Part shown: piece by piece, positions 1 through 9,214 of the stretch | Layout of the letters: every line of letters begins with the position of its first letter | Numbering within the stretch: position 1 is the first letter of the stretch | Source of the DNA: an uncultured bacterium | GTDB lineage: Bacteria; Verrucomicrobiota; Lentisphaeria; Victivallales; UBA1829 | Length of the DNA: 64,000 bases | Direction of reading: 5' to 3' | NCBI GenBank assembly: GCA_902778895.1 | Contig: CACYZF010000004.1 | Span: forward strand, 69,821 to 133,820 | The notes under the pieces: generated by a model | What the model was told of the DNA's origin: nothing | Database searches by the model: none | Seen by the model: only the letters and a program-made list of their open reading frames with translations | Made by a program: the position numbers and the translations under genes

Positions 1-1626
1 CACGAGCGGCGGCCGCGTGAACGTCTCCGGTTTTTCGGGATCGAGCGGCGGGATCACCTCTTTCGTGAGGACGTACTGGAGCCCGGCTCCGGAGGAGACC
101 TTTTCCACGGCCTCGTCGAAGGTCCAGTCCTTCGTCACGGCGGCGTAGGCGTCGGCGGTCTTCAGCGCCGTGATCAGGTCGGCGGGCGGGTTGATGGGGA
201 GATAACGGCTGATGCCGAGGGTGTTTTCCTTCTCCTCCATGGCGGCGATGTGGCAGAGCTCGATGCCGCCCATGGACCAGCCGGTGAGGACGATCCGCGG
301 GTCCTTGATCTTGCCGTCCTCGCGGAGGTCGGCGAGGATCTTCTGCAGCACGGTGCGCATCTTGGCGGCGTCGTGCGGGGTGTATCCGGGCAGCTTGCCG
401 TCGGTGGCGGTCATGAAGCGCCAGTTGAAGCCGTTGTCGACCAGGACGACGCTGTAGCCGGCGTTGTAGAACTCCTCGGCGGTGGCGAGGGCGGTCTGGC
501 TGTTGTAGATGCTGCCGATGCCGGGGATGACGATGGCGAGCTTTTCAGGGCGGACCTCGTTTTCGTCCTTCGGCTTCGGGGCCTCGAAGAATCCGTATCT
601 GAGGCGGGAGCGTTCGGGGTCGATGCCGACCGTGACCTTGCGCGTGTGGATCTTGTCCTCGAAGTCGGAGTTGAAGATAGAGAGGCGCGCGTACCACCAG
701 TCGTGGTCCTTCTGCGGCACGAAGTAGATCGCGCGGAGCGTGTCGATCACGGGGCCGAGCGAATGGTAGCCTTCCAGGACCTTGCGGCGGCCGTGGAGAG
801 TCTCCGGCATCGCGGTGCCCTGATCGGGCGGGAGTTCGGGCAGGCGCTCGTGGTAGACGTCCTTCGCGTAGTCGTAGTACCATTTGTCGAGCTGGAGTTC
901 GCGGTTCAGGAGCTGCATCATCACGTAGGTGCGGTACGGGTCGGCGGAGCCCTTGATTACGTTCACGAACTGCGGATGCATCGCCACGACGTTGTTGACG
1001 TACGCCCAGCTGGAGTAGGGCAGGTAGGTGCGGATGTCAAGCAGATAGTCGAAGATGCTGCCGATGTCGTCGCGGATGTTGATGTGTCTGCTGCCGGGGA
1101 TGATGAGGCGGCAGCCCGGGCCGATGCCCCAGGTGGCGAACATGCGGCCGAAATCGGCGTCGGTCTTGTAGATGTGGAACCAGTATTCGGCGGGGTCGAA
1201 GAGCCCGGCGATGCCGACGGTGGAGTTCAGCAGGAAACGCCCCGTCTCGGCGCCGGCGCATTCCCATTCGGCGCTGCCGAGCGAGGAAACGAGGCGGCCG
1301 GGGAACGCGAGGTTGTGGCAGGCGTTTTCGATGCACTGGATCACGGGGCGCGGCAGGATGCTGGACCAGATCCAGCCCAGCGGACGCGCGATGTAGTCCA
1401 TGATTACGCAGTCGACCTCGAACATGCTCCGGTTGAAGCCTTCGATCGGGTCGTGCCCGGAGAGCTCGCCGATCAGGCGCGAGGTCGGCCAGGGACCGGC
1501 GGGTTCCGCGATCGCCGTTTCGTCGGCGGGCGCTTCCTCCGGCGCGGAACTCCGGCAGGCGCCCAGGAGCAGCGCGAAAACGATCATGAATGCGGCTAGA
1601 AAATGGTTCCAGTGTTTCGATCTCAT
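1..1626 (-). CDS. MlaA/VacJ-family lipoprotein fused to a C-terminal alpha/beta-hydrolase (lipase-like) domain; partial, 3' end runs off the window
   Basis: Absent from the ORF track because no stop lies in the window. My own minus-strand translation starts at ATG 1626, with AAGGAG 7 nt upstream. It gives MRSKHWNHFLAAFMIVFALLLGAC (lipobox). MlaA blocks follow: DPIEGFNRSMF, RFLLNSTVGIAGLFDPA and FGRMFATWGIGPGCRLIIPG. GWSMGG (GxSxG nucleophile elbow) comes later. There is no in-frame stop down to position 1. Confidence 0.75.
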   Translation of the reverse strand, partial: MRSKHWNHFLAAFMIVFALLLGACRSSAPEEAPADETAIAEPAGPWPTSRLIGELSGHDPIEGFNRSMFEVDCVIMDYIARPLGWIWSSILPRPVIQCIENACHNLAFPGRLVSSLGSAEWECAGAETGRFLLNSTVGIAGLFDPAEYWFHIYKTDADFGRMFATWGIGPGCRLIIPGSRHINIRDDIGSIFDYLLDIRTYLPYSSWAYVNNVVAMHPQFVNVIKGSADPYRTYVMMQLLNRELQLDKWYYDYAKDVYHERLPELPPDQGTAMPETLHGRRKVLEGYHSLGPVIDTLRAIYFVPQKDHDWWYARLSIFNSDFEDKIHTRKVTVGIDPERSRLRYGFFEAPKPKDENEVRPEKLAIVIPGIGSIYNSQTALATAEEFYNAGYSVVLVDNGFNWRFMTATDGKLPGYTPHDAAKMRTVLQKILADLREDGKIKDPRIVLTGWSMGGIELCHIAAMEEKENTLGISRYLPINPPADLITALKTADAYAAVTKDWTFDEAVEKVSSGAGLQYVLTKEVIPPLDPEKPETFTRPPLV

Positions 1627-1707
1627 AACGGCGCTCCTTTCCTTGAGTGCGGGCGTATTTGTGCTGATGATTTGATTGCTGAATTGAGGCGGAGTTGATT
1701 CTCCGGA

Positions 1708-3201
1708 TTATTTCTTTTTCGGGTCTTTCTGTTCGGCGGCGGGCTCATCCGAGGGGCAGGCGCAGCCGATCCACTTGGCGCAGCCGGTCGGGTCGCAGCC
1801 GTCGAAGCAGAACGTGCAGAGCTTGCACTTCGGGAGTCCGATGGCCTCGACGAGCTGGTCGATGGTCTGGTATTTCAGGGTGGTGAGGCCGAGTTTCTGG
1901 CGGATCTTCTCGACCATGCGTTCATAGCGCGGGGTGCCCGCGGTGATGTATTCGCGCAGGACTTCCGGCGTAGGTTCGCCGCCCTCAAGCTCGGCGATGA
2001 TACGGCGCGCGGCGAGGTCCATCACGGAACGCGACCGCGAGAAGTTGAGGAAGAGGCAGGGGAACGCGAGCGGCGGGGAGGCGGAGCGCAGATGCACTTC
2101 CTTCGCGCCTCGTTCGAGCAGACGGCGCGTGACGTCGCGGAACTGCGTGCCGCGGACGATGGAGTCGTCGCAGAAGAGCAGGCGTTTCCCCTCGATCTGG
2201 TCCTGCACGGGGAGCAGCTTCATCTTCGCGATGAGGTTGCGGTGGGACTGCACCTGGGGCATGAAGCTACGGAGCCAGGTGGGCGTATATTTGACGAGGG
2301 CGCGCAGGTAGGGACGGCCCTTCTTGTTCGAGTAGCCGATGGCGTGCGCGACGCCGGAATCGGGCACGCCGCAGACGGAATCGACCTCGACGCCGTCGCG
2401 GGCGGCGATGCGCGCGCCGTTTTCGTAGCGGACGGTCTCGGTGTTGCGTCCCTCGTAGTCGGAGGAGGGATATCCGAAGTAGACCCAGAGGAACGAGCAG
2501 ATCTGCATGGTCTCCTCGGGGGCCTTCAGCTGCGTGACGGATTCGGCGTCGATCAGCACGATCTCGGCGGGGCCGAGGTCGCGCACGAACTCGTAGTCGA
2601 GGTTCGGGTACGCGGAGGTCTCCATGGAGACGGCCATCGCGCCGGCCCGCTTCGCGATGGAGACGGGCGTACGGCCGTAGCGGTCGCGGGCGGCGTAGAT
2701 CTTCCCGTCCGCCATGACGAGCATGGAGCAGGAGCCTTTGATGCGGTGCATGGCGTAGGCGATGCCGTCCTCGATGGTCTTCTGCGTGTTGATGAGCGAG
2801 GCGACGACTTCGGTCGGATTGTGCTCGCCGTTGCTGTGCTCGGCGAAGTGGATGTGGTGTTCCTTGATGGCCTGCCGGGTCAGCTCTTCGATATTGTTGA
2901 GCTTGCCGACGGTCACGATGCTGTACATGCCGAGGTGGGACGCGATCAGCAGCGGCTGATCGTCCATGTCGCTGATGACCCCGATGCCGCACTTCGCGCC
3001 GCGGAACTGTTCCAGGTCCGGCCCGAACTTGGACCGGAACATCTCGTTGGAGATATCGTGGATGGAACGGAGGATGGAACCGTAGGGATTGGTGACGGCC
3101 ATGCCGCCGCGGACCGTACCCAGATGCGAATGATAGTCGACCCCGTAGAAGAGGTCGTCTACGCAGTCACCGTTAGAGACAACGCCGAAAAAACCGCCCA
3201 T
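1708..3201 (-). CDS. amidophosphoribosyltransferase-like protein (class II amidotransferase fold plus PRTase domain), atypical N terminus
   Basis: 497-aa ORF. PRTase PRPP loop LLFCDDSIVRGTQ. PurF-like N-terminal region, but it starts MGGFFG instead of MCG. Cys-rich C-terminal tail. AAGGAG lies upstream of the ATG at 3201. Confidence 0.75.
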   Translation of the reverse strand: MGGFFGVVSNGDCVDDLFYGVDYHSHLGTVRGGMAVTNPYGSILRSIHDISNEMFRSKFGPDLEQFRGAKCGIGVISDMDDQPLLIASHLGMYSIVTVGKLNNIEELTRQAIKEHHIHFAEHSNGEHNPTEVVASLINTQKTIEDGIAYAMHRIKGSCSMLVMADGKIYAARDRYGRTPVSIAKRAGAMAVSMETSAYPNLDYEFVRDLGPAEIVLIDAESVTQLKAPEETMQICSFLWVYFGYPSSDYEGRNTETVRYENGARIAARDGVEVDSVCGVPDSGVAHAIGYSNKKGRPYLRALVKYTPTWLRSFMPQVQSHRNLIAKMKLLPVQDQIEGKRLLFCDDSIVRGTQFRDVTRRLLERGAKEVHLRSASPPLAFPCLFLNFSRSRSVMDLAARRIIAELEGGEPTPEVLREYITAGTPRYERMVEKIRQKLGLTTLKYQTIDQLVEAIGLPKCKLCTFCFDGCDPTGCAKWIGCACPSDEPAAEQKDPKKK

Positions 3202-3467
3202 AGCGAGCTGCTCCTTAGTTTGGGTTGGGAAAATGCCGTAGACTATAATATAGCATAAATCCGGCTAAAAACGAGCCGTTTTTTTTGAAAAAATGTCGTT
3301 CGGGCGCTTTTTTTTTGACGTTTTTCCCCGCGGCGCGGGTCCCGAAACGGCATTTCGGCGTTTTTTTTAAAAAAAACGGGAAAAATGAATGTTTCCGGCT
3401 TTCATAAATCGGGATTTGTGCTATTTTATTCTATTAGGCTTTAACGCAACGACGGAGAAGGATCGGA

Positions 3468-6464
3468 ATGGATTTGGATCAGGGTATGGAAGAACGCAGC
3501 GTGTGGAATTTCGGAAACTACCTCCGGACCGCATTGTTCCTGCTGTTCGCCTGCGCTATTTTATCACACAACAGAACGGACCTTGCCCTGCTGGAAGGCG
3601 GGATCGGCGGACATGAGATCTACCGCAACTGGATCGGATTCCTCGGCGCGCATACCGCCCGCATCATGTTTTACACGTTCGGGCTGGCGACCTATCCCGT
3701 CCTGCTGATCGTGTTCCTGCTGCTGCTCCGGCGGTTCATCCCCGGACTGCCGCGCAAAGGCACGCTGTGGTGGGCGTTGCCCGCTGCCCTGCTCGGGGTG
3801 TCCATGCTGTTCGCCATGTGGCCGCAGCAGTTCATCGCGGAAACGGACCGTCTCGGCATCGGCCGCATGGAACAGTCCCTGCTGGCGTTGTCCGGCGGCG
3901 TGGTCGGGGCGTCCCTGGCGGCGCCTCAGGCGTCCGCGTCGCTTGACGCCGGGCTGATCCGCCGTTATATCGGCGACGTCGGGACGATCCTTGTCGCGCT
4001 GGCGTTCCTGCTGCCGGCAATCGTTTTCCTGTTCATCCGCGACTGGCTCCCCGTTCTCAAGATCGCATTCAGGGCGGATCCGGGTCCTCAGGATGCGGCG
4101 GAGACGGAAGGACCGGAAGTGCAGCCCGTTCCTGCCGGACGCACCGGTAAAGTCTACACGCCCGGCAATCCCGAAGGCGAAGTCTGGAATCCGGCCGCGT
4201 CCGAACCGGAAATCCATCAATACGGCGACGATGAACCGGAGGAAGACGGCGAACCGGAAGACACCGCGGAAGAGAAGCCGTCCGGATTCAAAAACGCGCT
4301 CGGAAAATTCCTTGGTCTCCGCACGGCTCCCGCGAAAACCGGCGAACCGGAAACTGAAAGCGACGACGGCGATATCGTCGCGCCGCCGGTTCGGCCTCCG
4401 GCGCAGACCATGCAGAGGCCGGGCGCCGTGATCCGCGACCCGAACGAGGTCGTGGCGCCGCCTCAGAAACGCAGAAACGTCCAGCCCGCGCCGGGCACGA
4501 TCATCCGCGATCCGGACGAACTTGTCGTCACGCCTCGCCCGAGACCTGCTGCCGTCACGCCCGCTCCGGCTTCTGCGCCTCAACCTCAGCCCGTTCCTGT
4601 TCAGCCTGCCCCGGCCGTTGCTCCCGCGCCTCAGCCGCAGGAAGATGTCTATGACGAACCGGAAGAACCCGCCGCAGCAAACGACAATGACATCGAACTG
4701 GAAGCGGACATCGACGAAAAACCCGTTATCCCTGCTCCCGCGCCCAAAGCCGCGCCTCGCGAGATCCCGGTGCAGACGTTCGCGGAGAACAAAAAGAAAT
4801 TCGACCATGCTTCTCCGCCTCCCGCTCCGGCCGACGAACCGCCCCCGCCGCCTCCGGTCTACGAGGAATACCATCTGCCGAGCACGATGCTGCTGGAACG
4901 CCACGGCGACGCGATCGCCGAGGAGGACCAGGCGTATATCCGCGAGGCGAGCCTGAGCCTGGAAAAGACGCTGGAAAGCTTCGGCGTGAACGGATATGTG
5001 TCGAACATCACCGTCGGGCCGCGCGTTACGCAGTTCGAGATCGCGCTGAATCCCGGCGTCCGCGTGGAAAAGGTCACCAGCATTCAGAATAACATCGCCA
5101 TGGCGATGGAGGCGCAGAGCATCCGTATTCGTGCGCCGATACCCGGCAAGGACGCCGTCGGTATCGAAGTCCCGAACAAGGCGTCCAGCACGGTCTATTT
5201 GCGTCCGCTGCTGGAGTCCGCCACCTGGCGCGAATCCCATGCCGCGATCCCGATCCTGCTCGGTCGCGACATCGCGGGCTCCGTCTATCTGACCGACCTT
5301 TCCAAAGCGCCGCACCTGCTGATCGCCGGTTCCACCGGCTCCGGCAAGTCCGTCTGCATGAACACCCTCATCATGAGCCTGCTTTTCCGGTTCTCGCCGG
5401 ACGAGCTGAAGCTCATCATGGTCGATCCGAAGGTCGTGGAACTGGAGATGTACCGTCCGATCCCGCACCTCATCACGCCGGTCGTGAATGACCCGAAGAA
5501 AGTGCCGCTGGCGCTCCGCTGGGGCGTCAACGAGATGGAACGCCGTTACATGGTCCTCGCGAAGGTCAAGGCGAAGAACCTGGCCGCGTTCAACTCCCGT
5601 CCGCCGGATCCGCAGCCGGTCATCGACGACTACGGCGAGGTGGTCCCGCCGAAACTCCCGATCCTGATCATCATCATCGACGAGCTCGCCGACATCATGA
5701 TGACGGACGCGAAGAGCGACGTGGAGACCAGCATCTGCCGCATCGCGCAGAAGGGCCGTGCTGCGGGCGTTCACCTGGTCATCGCCACGCAGTCGCCCCG
5801 CAAGGAGGTCGTCACCGGCCTCATCAAGGCGAACATCCCCACCAAGATCGCGTTCCGCGTCAGCAACGGCATGGACAGCCGCGTGATTCTGGACGCCGTC
5901 GGCGCGGAAAAGCTGCTCGGCAACGGCGACATGCTGTTCAATCCGCCCGGCGCTGCCGTCCTCGAACGCATCCAGGGCGCGTACGTTTCCGACAACGAGA
6001 TCGCCAAGGTCATCGAGGAGGTCGCGGCGCAGCGTCCGCAGCTGTTCGACGATGGTATTTTCGCCGGCGCCGACGAAGAGGAAGATGACGAGGAAGACGC
6101 CAAAGGCCGCCGCGGCAAAGGAAAAGCAGCCAGGGGCGGTTTCCGCGATGGCGGAGGCTACGACGACGAACTGGACGACTACGACGAGGTCGACGGCATG
6201 GCGAATTCCGACATCATCAAGGCCGCTGCGGACAAGTATCTGGAGCCGACCGATCCGCCCATCATGGTGCGAGCGCTCGAGATCATCATCAACGAGCAGC
6301 AGGTCAGCACATCCTATCTTCAGCGCAGACTCGGCATCGGCTACAACAAGGCCGCCGATATTATTGATAAACTCGAACAGCGCCACGTGATCAGCGCCCC
6401 GCTTCCCGGCGGGCAGAAACGTACCATCCTGATCACGGACGGACTGGAAACGCCCAATGACTGA
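3468..6464 (+). CDS. ftsK: DNA translocase FtsK/SpoIIIE
   Basis: 998 aa. N-terminal TM helices and a roughly 300-aa Pro/Ala/Glu-rich linker. Motor domain with Walker A GSTGSGKS and IIIDELADIM. C-terminal gamma wHTH STSYLQRRLGIGYNKAADIIDKLE. Confidence 0.95.
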   Translation: MDLDQGMEERSVWNFGNYLRTALFLLFACAILSHNRTDLALLEGGIGGHEIYRNWIGFLGAHTARIMFYTFGLATYPVLLIVFLLLLRRFIPGLPRKGTLWWALPAALLGVSMLFAMWPQQFIAETDRLGIGRMEQSLLALSGGVVGASLAAPQASASLDAGLIRRYIGDVGTILVALAFLLPAIVFLFIRDWLPVLKIAFRADPGPQDAAETEGPEVQPVPAGRTGKVYTPGNPEGEVWNPAASEPEIHQYGDDEPEEDGEPEDTAEEKPSGFKNALGKFLGLRTAPAKTGEPETESDDGDIVAPPVRPPAQTMQRPGAVIRDPNEVVAPPQKRRNVQPAPGTIIRDPDELVVTPRPRPAAVTPAPASAPQPQPVPVQPAPAVAPAPQPQEDVYDEPEEPAAANDNDIELEADIDEKPVIPAPAPKAAPREIPVQTFAENKKKFDHASPPPAPADEPPPPPPVYEEYHLPSTMLLERHGDAIAEEDQAYIREASLSLEKTLESFGVNGYVSNITVGPRVTQFEIALNPGVRVEKVTSIQNNIAMAMEAQSIRIRAPIPGKDAVGIEVPNKASSTVYLRPLLESATWRESHAAIPILLGRDIAGSVYLTDLSKAPHLLIAGSTGSGKSVCMNTLIMSLLFRFSPDELKLIMVDPKVVELEMYRPIPHLITPVVNDPKKVPLALRWGVNEMERRYMVLAKVKAKNLAAFNSRPPDPQPVIDDYGEVVPPKLPILIIIIDELADIMMTDAKSDVETSICRIAQKGRAAGVHLVIATQSPRKEVVTGLIKANIPTKIAFRVSNGMDSRVILDAVGAEKLLGNGDMLFNPPGAAVLERIQGAYVSDNEIAKVIEEVAAQRPQLFDDGIFAGADEEEDDEEDAKGRRGKGKAARGGFRDGGGYDDELDDYDEVDGMANSDIIKAAADKYLEPTDPPIMVRALEIIINEQQVSTSYLQRRLGIGYNKAADIIDKLEQRHVISAPLPGGQKRTILITDGLETPND

Positions 6465-6475
6465 GGTATCGAAGC

Positions 6476-7459
6476 ATGATTGATCCAGAAGATCCCGCAG
6501 CAAAGAACGAACAGGAACTGAATCTCTTTTCCGATCAGCCCGTCCCGGAGAACTCCTCTGTGGAACCGGAATCCGGCGAACCGGCCGTGTCCGGCGAGAT
6601 CCCTGTGGAAGATCATACGGCCGTACAGGATATTCCCGCGGAGGAACCGGCGGAACAGCCTGTTCCGGAAACGGGGATTCCTGCGGACGATTCTCCGGTC
6701 GTCGCGCCTCCGCCCCCGCCGCGCAAGCAGCCCTCTCCTGCGCCCGCGCGTCCCGGCATCGTGTCTCCGCGCGCCGGGCGTGCCGCGTTCCCGCCTCCTT
6801 CCGGTTCGGCTGCAGCCGCGCAGACGCACAAACCGCTTCCGCATGCGCTCCAACCTGCTCAGACGCTGGGGCAGATGCTGACCGCGATCCGCAACGCGCG
6901 CGGGATGTCCCCGGAAGAAGTCGCGGCGCATACACGCATCCGTCTGGAGTATATCACCGAACTCGAATCCGGCGAGCTTCTTGAGAATCTGCCGCCCGTA
7001 TACGTTTCCGCATACGTCCGCAAGCTCATCGAGGTCTACGATCTCCCGAAGGCGGACAGCGACGTCCTGCTTGACAAACTGCGCGAGGAAACGCCGCAGG
7101 ATTCCGAGGAGCTTTCGGACAAGCTTCTGGAATCCGTGAACGAAGGCGCATTGGTGAACGAGGGCGAGAACAAACGCATCCGCAACATCACGATCGGCAT
7201 TTTCGTCGTCCTCGGCCTTGTCGCTGCCGCCCTGATCTGGCTGATCGTCCTCGTGATCGTCAAGTACGTCCGGACGTCCGAACCGGTCCCGGCACACGAT
7301 CCCGCCGCCGCGACGAGTACCGTCCAGCCTGCGGAGGAACCCGTTTCCCAGACGGTCCATGTGGACGAATCGGAGCTTGACGCCCTGATCGTGCCGGAAA
7401 CGCCGTCCATCTCCGTCCTGAAGATGAGCAAGGTCCCCGGCGTCCGCGAGTCGCTGTAA
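6476..7459 (+). CDS. RodZ-like helix-turn-helix membrane protein
   Basis: Pro-rich N terminus. XRE-type HTH (LGQMLTAIRNARGMSPEEVAAHTRIRLEYITELESG). One TM helix (ITIGIFVVLGLVAAALIWLIVLVIV). Confidence 0.6.
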   Translation: MIDPEDPAAKNEQELNLFSDQPVPENSSVEPESGEPAVSGEIPVEDHTAVQDIPAEEPAEQPVPETGIPADDSPVVAPPPPPRKQPSPAPARPGIVSPRAGRAAFPPPSGSAAAAQTHKPLPHALQPAQTLGQMLTAIRNARGMSPEEVAAHTRIRLEYITELESGELLENLPPVYVSAYVRKLIEVYDLPKADSDVLLDKLREETPQDSEELSDKLLESVNEGALVNEGENKRIRNITIGIFVVLGLVAAALIWLIVLVIVKYVRTSEPVPAHDPAAATSTVQPAEEPVSQTVHVDESELDALIVPETPSISVLKMSKVPGVRESL

Positions 7460-7483
7460 CGCCGGCAATCGATTTCAACAGAC

Positions 7484-7525
7484 AAAAAAAGCATGCCCGG
7501 TCAATCGGCCGGGCATGCTTGATTT
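7484..7525. terminator. bidirectional intrinsic terminator between convergent genes
   Basis: 10-bp GC-rich stem GCATGCCCGG (7491-7500) pairs with CCGGGCATGC (7509-7518). It is flanked by an A-run upstream and a T-rich tract downstream. Confidence 0.55.
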
Positions 7526-7554
7526 TCTTTACGGGAAAACCGTTTCAGCAGCGC

Positions 7555-8271
7555 TTATTTGCTGTTTTCAAGAAGCGTGTTGAGGGTTTTCTGGGCGGCT
7601 TCGAGCTTCAGCTGCAGATCAATCACGTCCTGCGCCAGATTGTCGCGTTTCACACTCATCGTATCCACTTCCTTCATGAGCTTGTTTCTGACGGCGCTGT
7701 TGTTCGAACTGGTTCTGATGCGGCCGACGCCCCACGGGGTATCAACGCCGACCCGCGAGTTGTTGAGGGTGGACACGAGCGCGCCGCGGTCTTCGGTGAC
7801 GGTATTTTCCGCATTTTCGAGCTTTTTCTTCGCTTCTTCGAGCTCAAGTTCGAGCTTGCGGACTTTCTGCTGCTGCTGGCTGATCCGTCTGTCCTTGTTG
7901 CGCTTGTCCTGTTCGAGCTTTTGCTGTTTTTCCCTGGCCTTCTGTTCTTCCTGCGCTTTTTTGTTGGCCTTTTTCTGGTCATCTATCTTTTTCTCATAAC
8001 GGGCGGACTTGACCGGATCGTAGCCGAAACGCTTCTGGATATCAGTCGGCATGTCGGAGAAGGGAATGAATGCGGCTCCGTCTTTGTATCCGAGCGTGAT
8101 TCCGTTCGGCTTCTTGTCGAGGATGACGGCATCCTCCAGAACTTTTCCGCTTCTCAGCGTGACGGTATGTTTTTCCTCCTTGGTTTTGGTGGAGGTATCC
8201 GCGGCGAACACGGCAGTACCGGCAAACAGGACAGCCGCCAGAATAGCAAAGTGTGCGGTATGGTTCATCAT
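7555..8271 (-). CDS. secreted Lys/Glu/Gln-rich coiled-coil protein, function unknown
   Basis: Signal peptide MMNHTAHFAILAAVLFAGTAVFA. Long charged heptad-like middle region. Its start overlaps the stop of the upstream gene by 4 nt. Confidence 0.6.
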   Translation of the reverse strand: MMNHTAHFAILAAVLFAGTAVFAADTSTKTKEEKHTVTLRSGKVLEDAVILDKKPNGITLGYKDGAAFIPFSDMPTDIQKRFGYDPVKSARYEKKIDDQKKANKKAQEEQKAREKQQKLEQDKRNKDRRISQQQQKVRKLELELEEAKKKLENAENTVTEDRGALVSTLNNSRVGVDTPWGVGRIRTSSNNSAVRNKLMKEVDTMSVKRDNLAQDVIDLQLKLEAAQKTLNTLLENSK

Positions 8272-9014
8272 TTGTCTCCTTCCACGGCACTGAATTTTAC
8301 GGGTTTCTGGAATACATAAGCCGGAATCTCGATGTTCGTTTCAAACGAGATCAGCGACAGCTTCGAGGCTCCGTCCGGAGTGAATCTGAACATTTCCGAA
8401 GGAAGCGTGACGCCGTCGAACGTACGGTAGTCGAAATACATCATCGTGTAGACGCCTTCTTCTCTGGCGACCTCGAACTGGCGGAGCAGGTCGGATTTCT
8501 TTCCGATCCAGAGTTTCGCCTTGATTTCCGGAGCGCGACGGAAGACCGCGCTGATGACGTCGCATTCCTCGCCGCAGGCGTCGTCGGTCTCTTCCTCAAG
8601 TTCGGCATCCTTGAAGAGGTCCTGGAAGTCCACGTGGAACGGGATCGTCTGAAGCAGGGCGCCATGCATTTCCATGATGTCGTCCGCCGTCATGTCGAAA
8701 ACTTCCCCGCGCAGGAACATCCAGCCGGATGTGCCGTCGCCGTTCAGGCAGAACACCGCGGAATCGGCGCCGTCCAGCACGTCGATGCGGACATTGCCCG
8801 GCGCCTGGTAACGGATCGTGGCGGTTCCGTCGTCGAATTCGTATTCGAACTGCGCTGTTTTGATATTGATCGCGGTTCTGTCGGTCGCTATGGCATCCTC
8901 GGCGTCGTCGAACACGCTGTCCGTGGTGTCATTGAAGAGACCGCATGCCGACAGGAACACGCCGGCGGTTACCGCCGCTGCCGCAAGCACGGCGCGGCAA
9001 ATCTGATGTTTCAT
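8268..9014 (-). CDS. lipoprotein, function unknown
   Basis: Lipobox VFLSAC after an N-terminal hydrophobic segment. Normal amino-acid composition, unlike the overlapping + strand ORF. Confidence 0.6.
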   Translation of the reverse strand: MKHQICRAVLAAAAVTAGVFLSACGLFNDTTDSVFDDAEDAIATDRTAINIKTAQFEYEFDDGTATIRYQAPGNVRIDVLDGADSAVFCLNGDGTSGWMFLRGEVFDMTADDIMEMHGALLQTIPFHVDFQDLFKDAELEEETDDACGEECDVISAVFRRAPEIKAKLWIGKKSDLLRQFEVAREEGVYTMMYFDYRTFDGVTLPSEMFRFTPDGASKLSLISFETNIEIPAYVFQKPVKFSAVEGDK

Positions 9015-9214
9015 AGTCTGCTCCTGATTTGCAGGTTGTTCCGGGCGGTCATCCGCTGTTGTTCAGCGGGAGCCCGCAACCGGATGTTTTATTTGTTCCA
9101 TAAATATATCATGGAAAAAAAGCATGTCAAGAGAAACAAGGAAAAAATAATTCAACATCGGGGAAGCAGAAATGTCACGCACGGGAAAGACAGGACTTCT
9201 CCGAATGGCGGAAA

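Noticed and set aside
250-1599. 449-aa + strand ORF listed in the track
   Set aside because: It is the antisense shadow of the MlaA-hydrolase gene. The composition is Ala/Gly/Val/Asp/Arg-biased with no motif, whereas the opposite strand carries clear MlaA and GxSxG signatures.
3564-6935. 1123-aa - strand ORF
   Set aside because: It runs antisense to ftsK and the RodZ-like gene. It is extremely Arg/Gly/Asp-rich with no family motifs, which makes it a typical high-GC shadow ORF.
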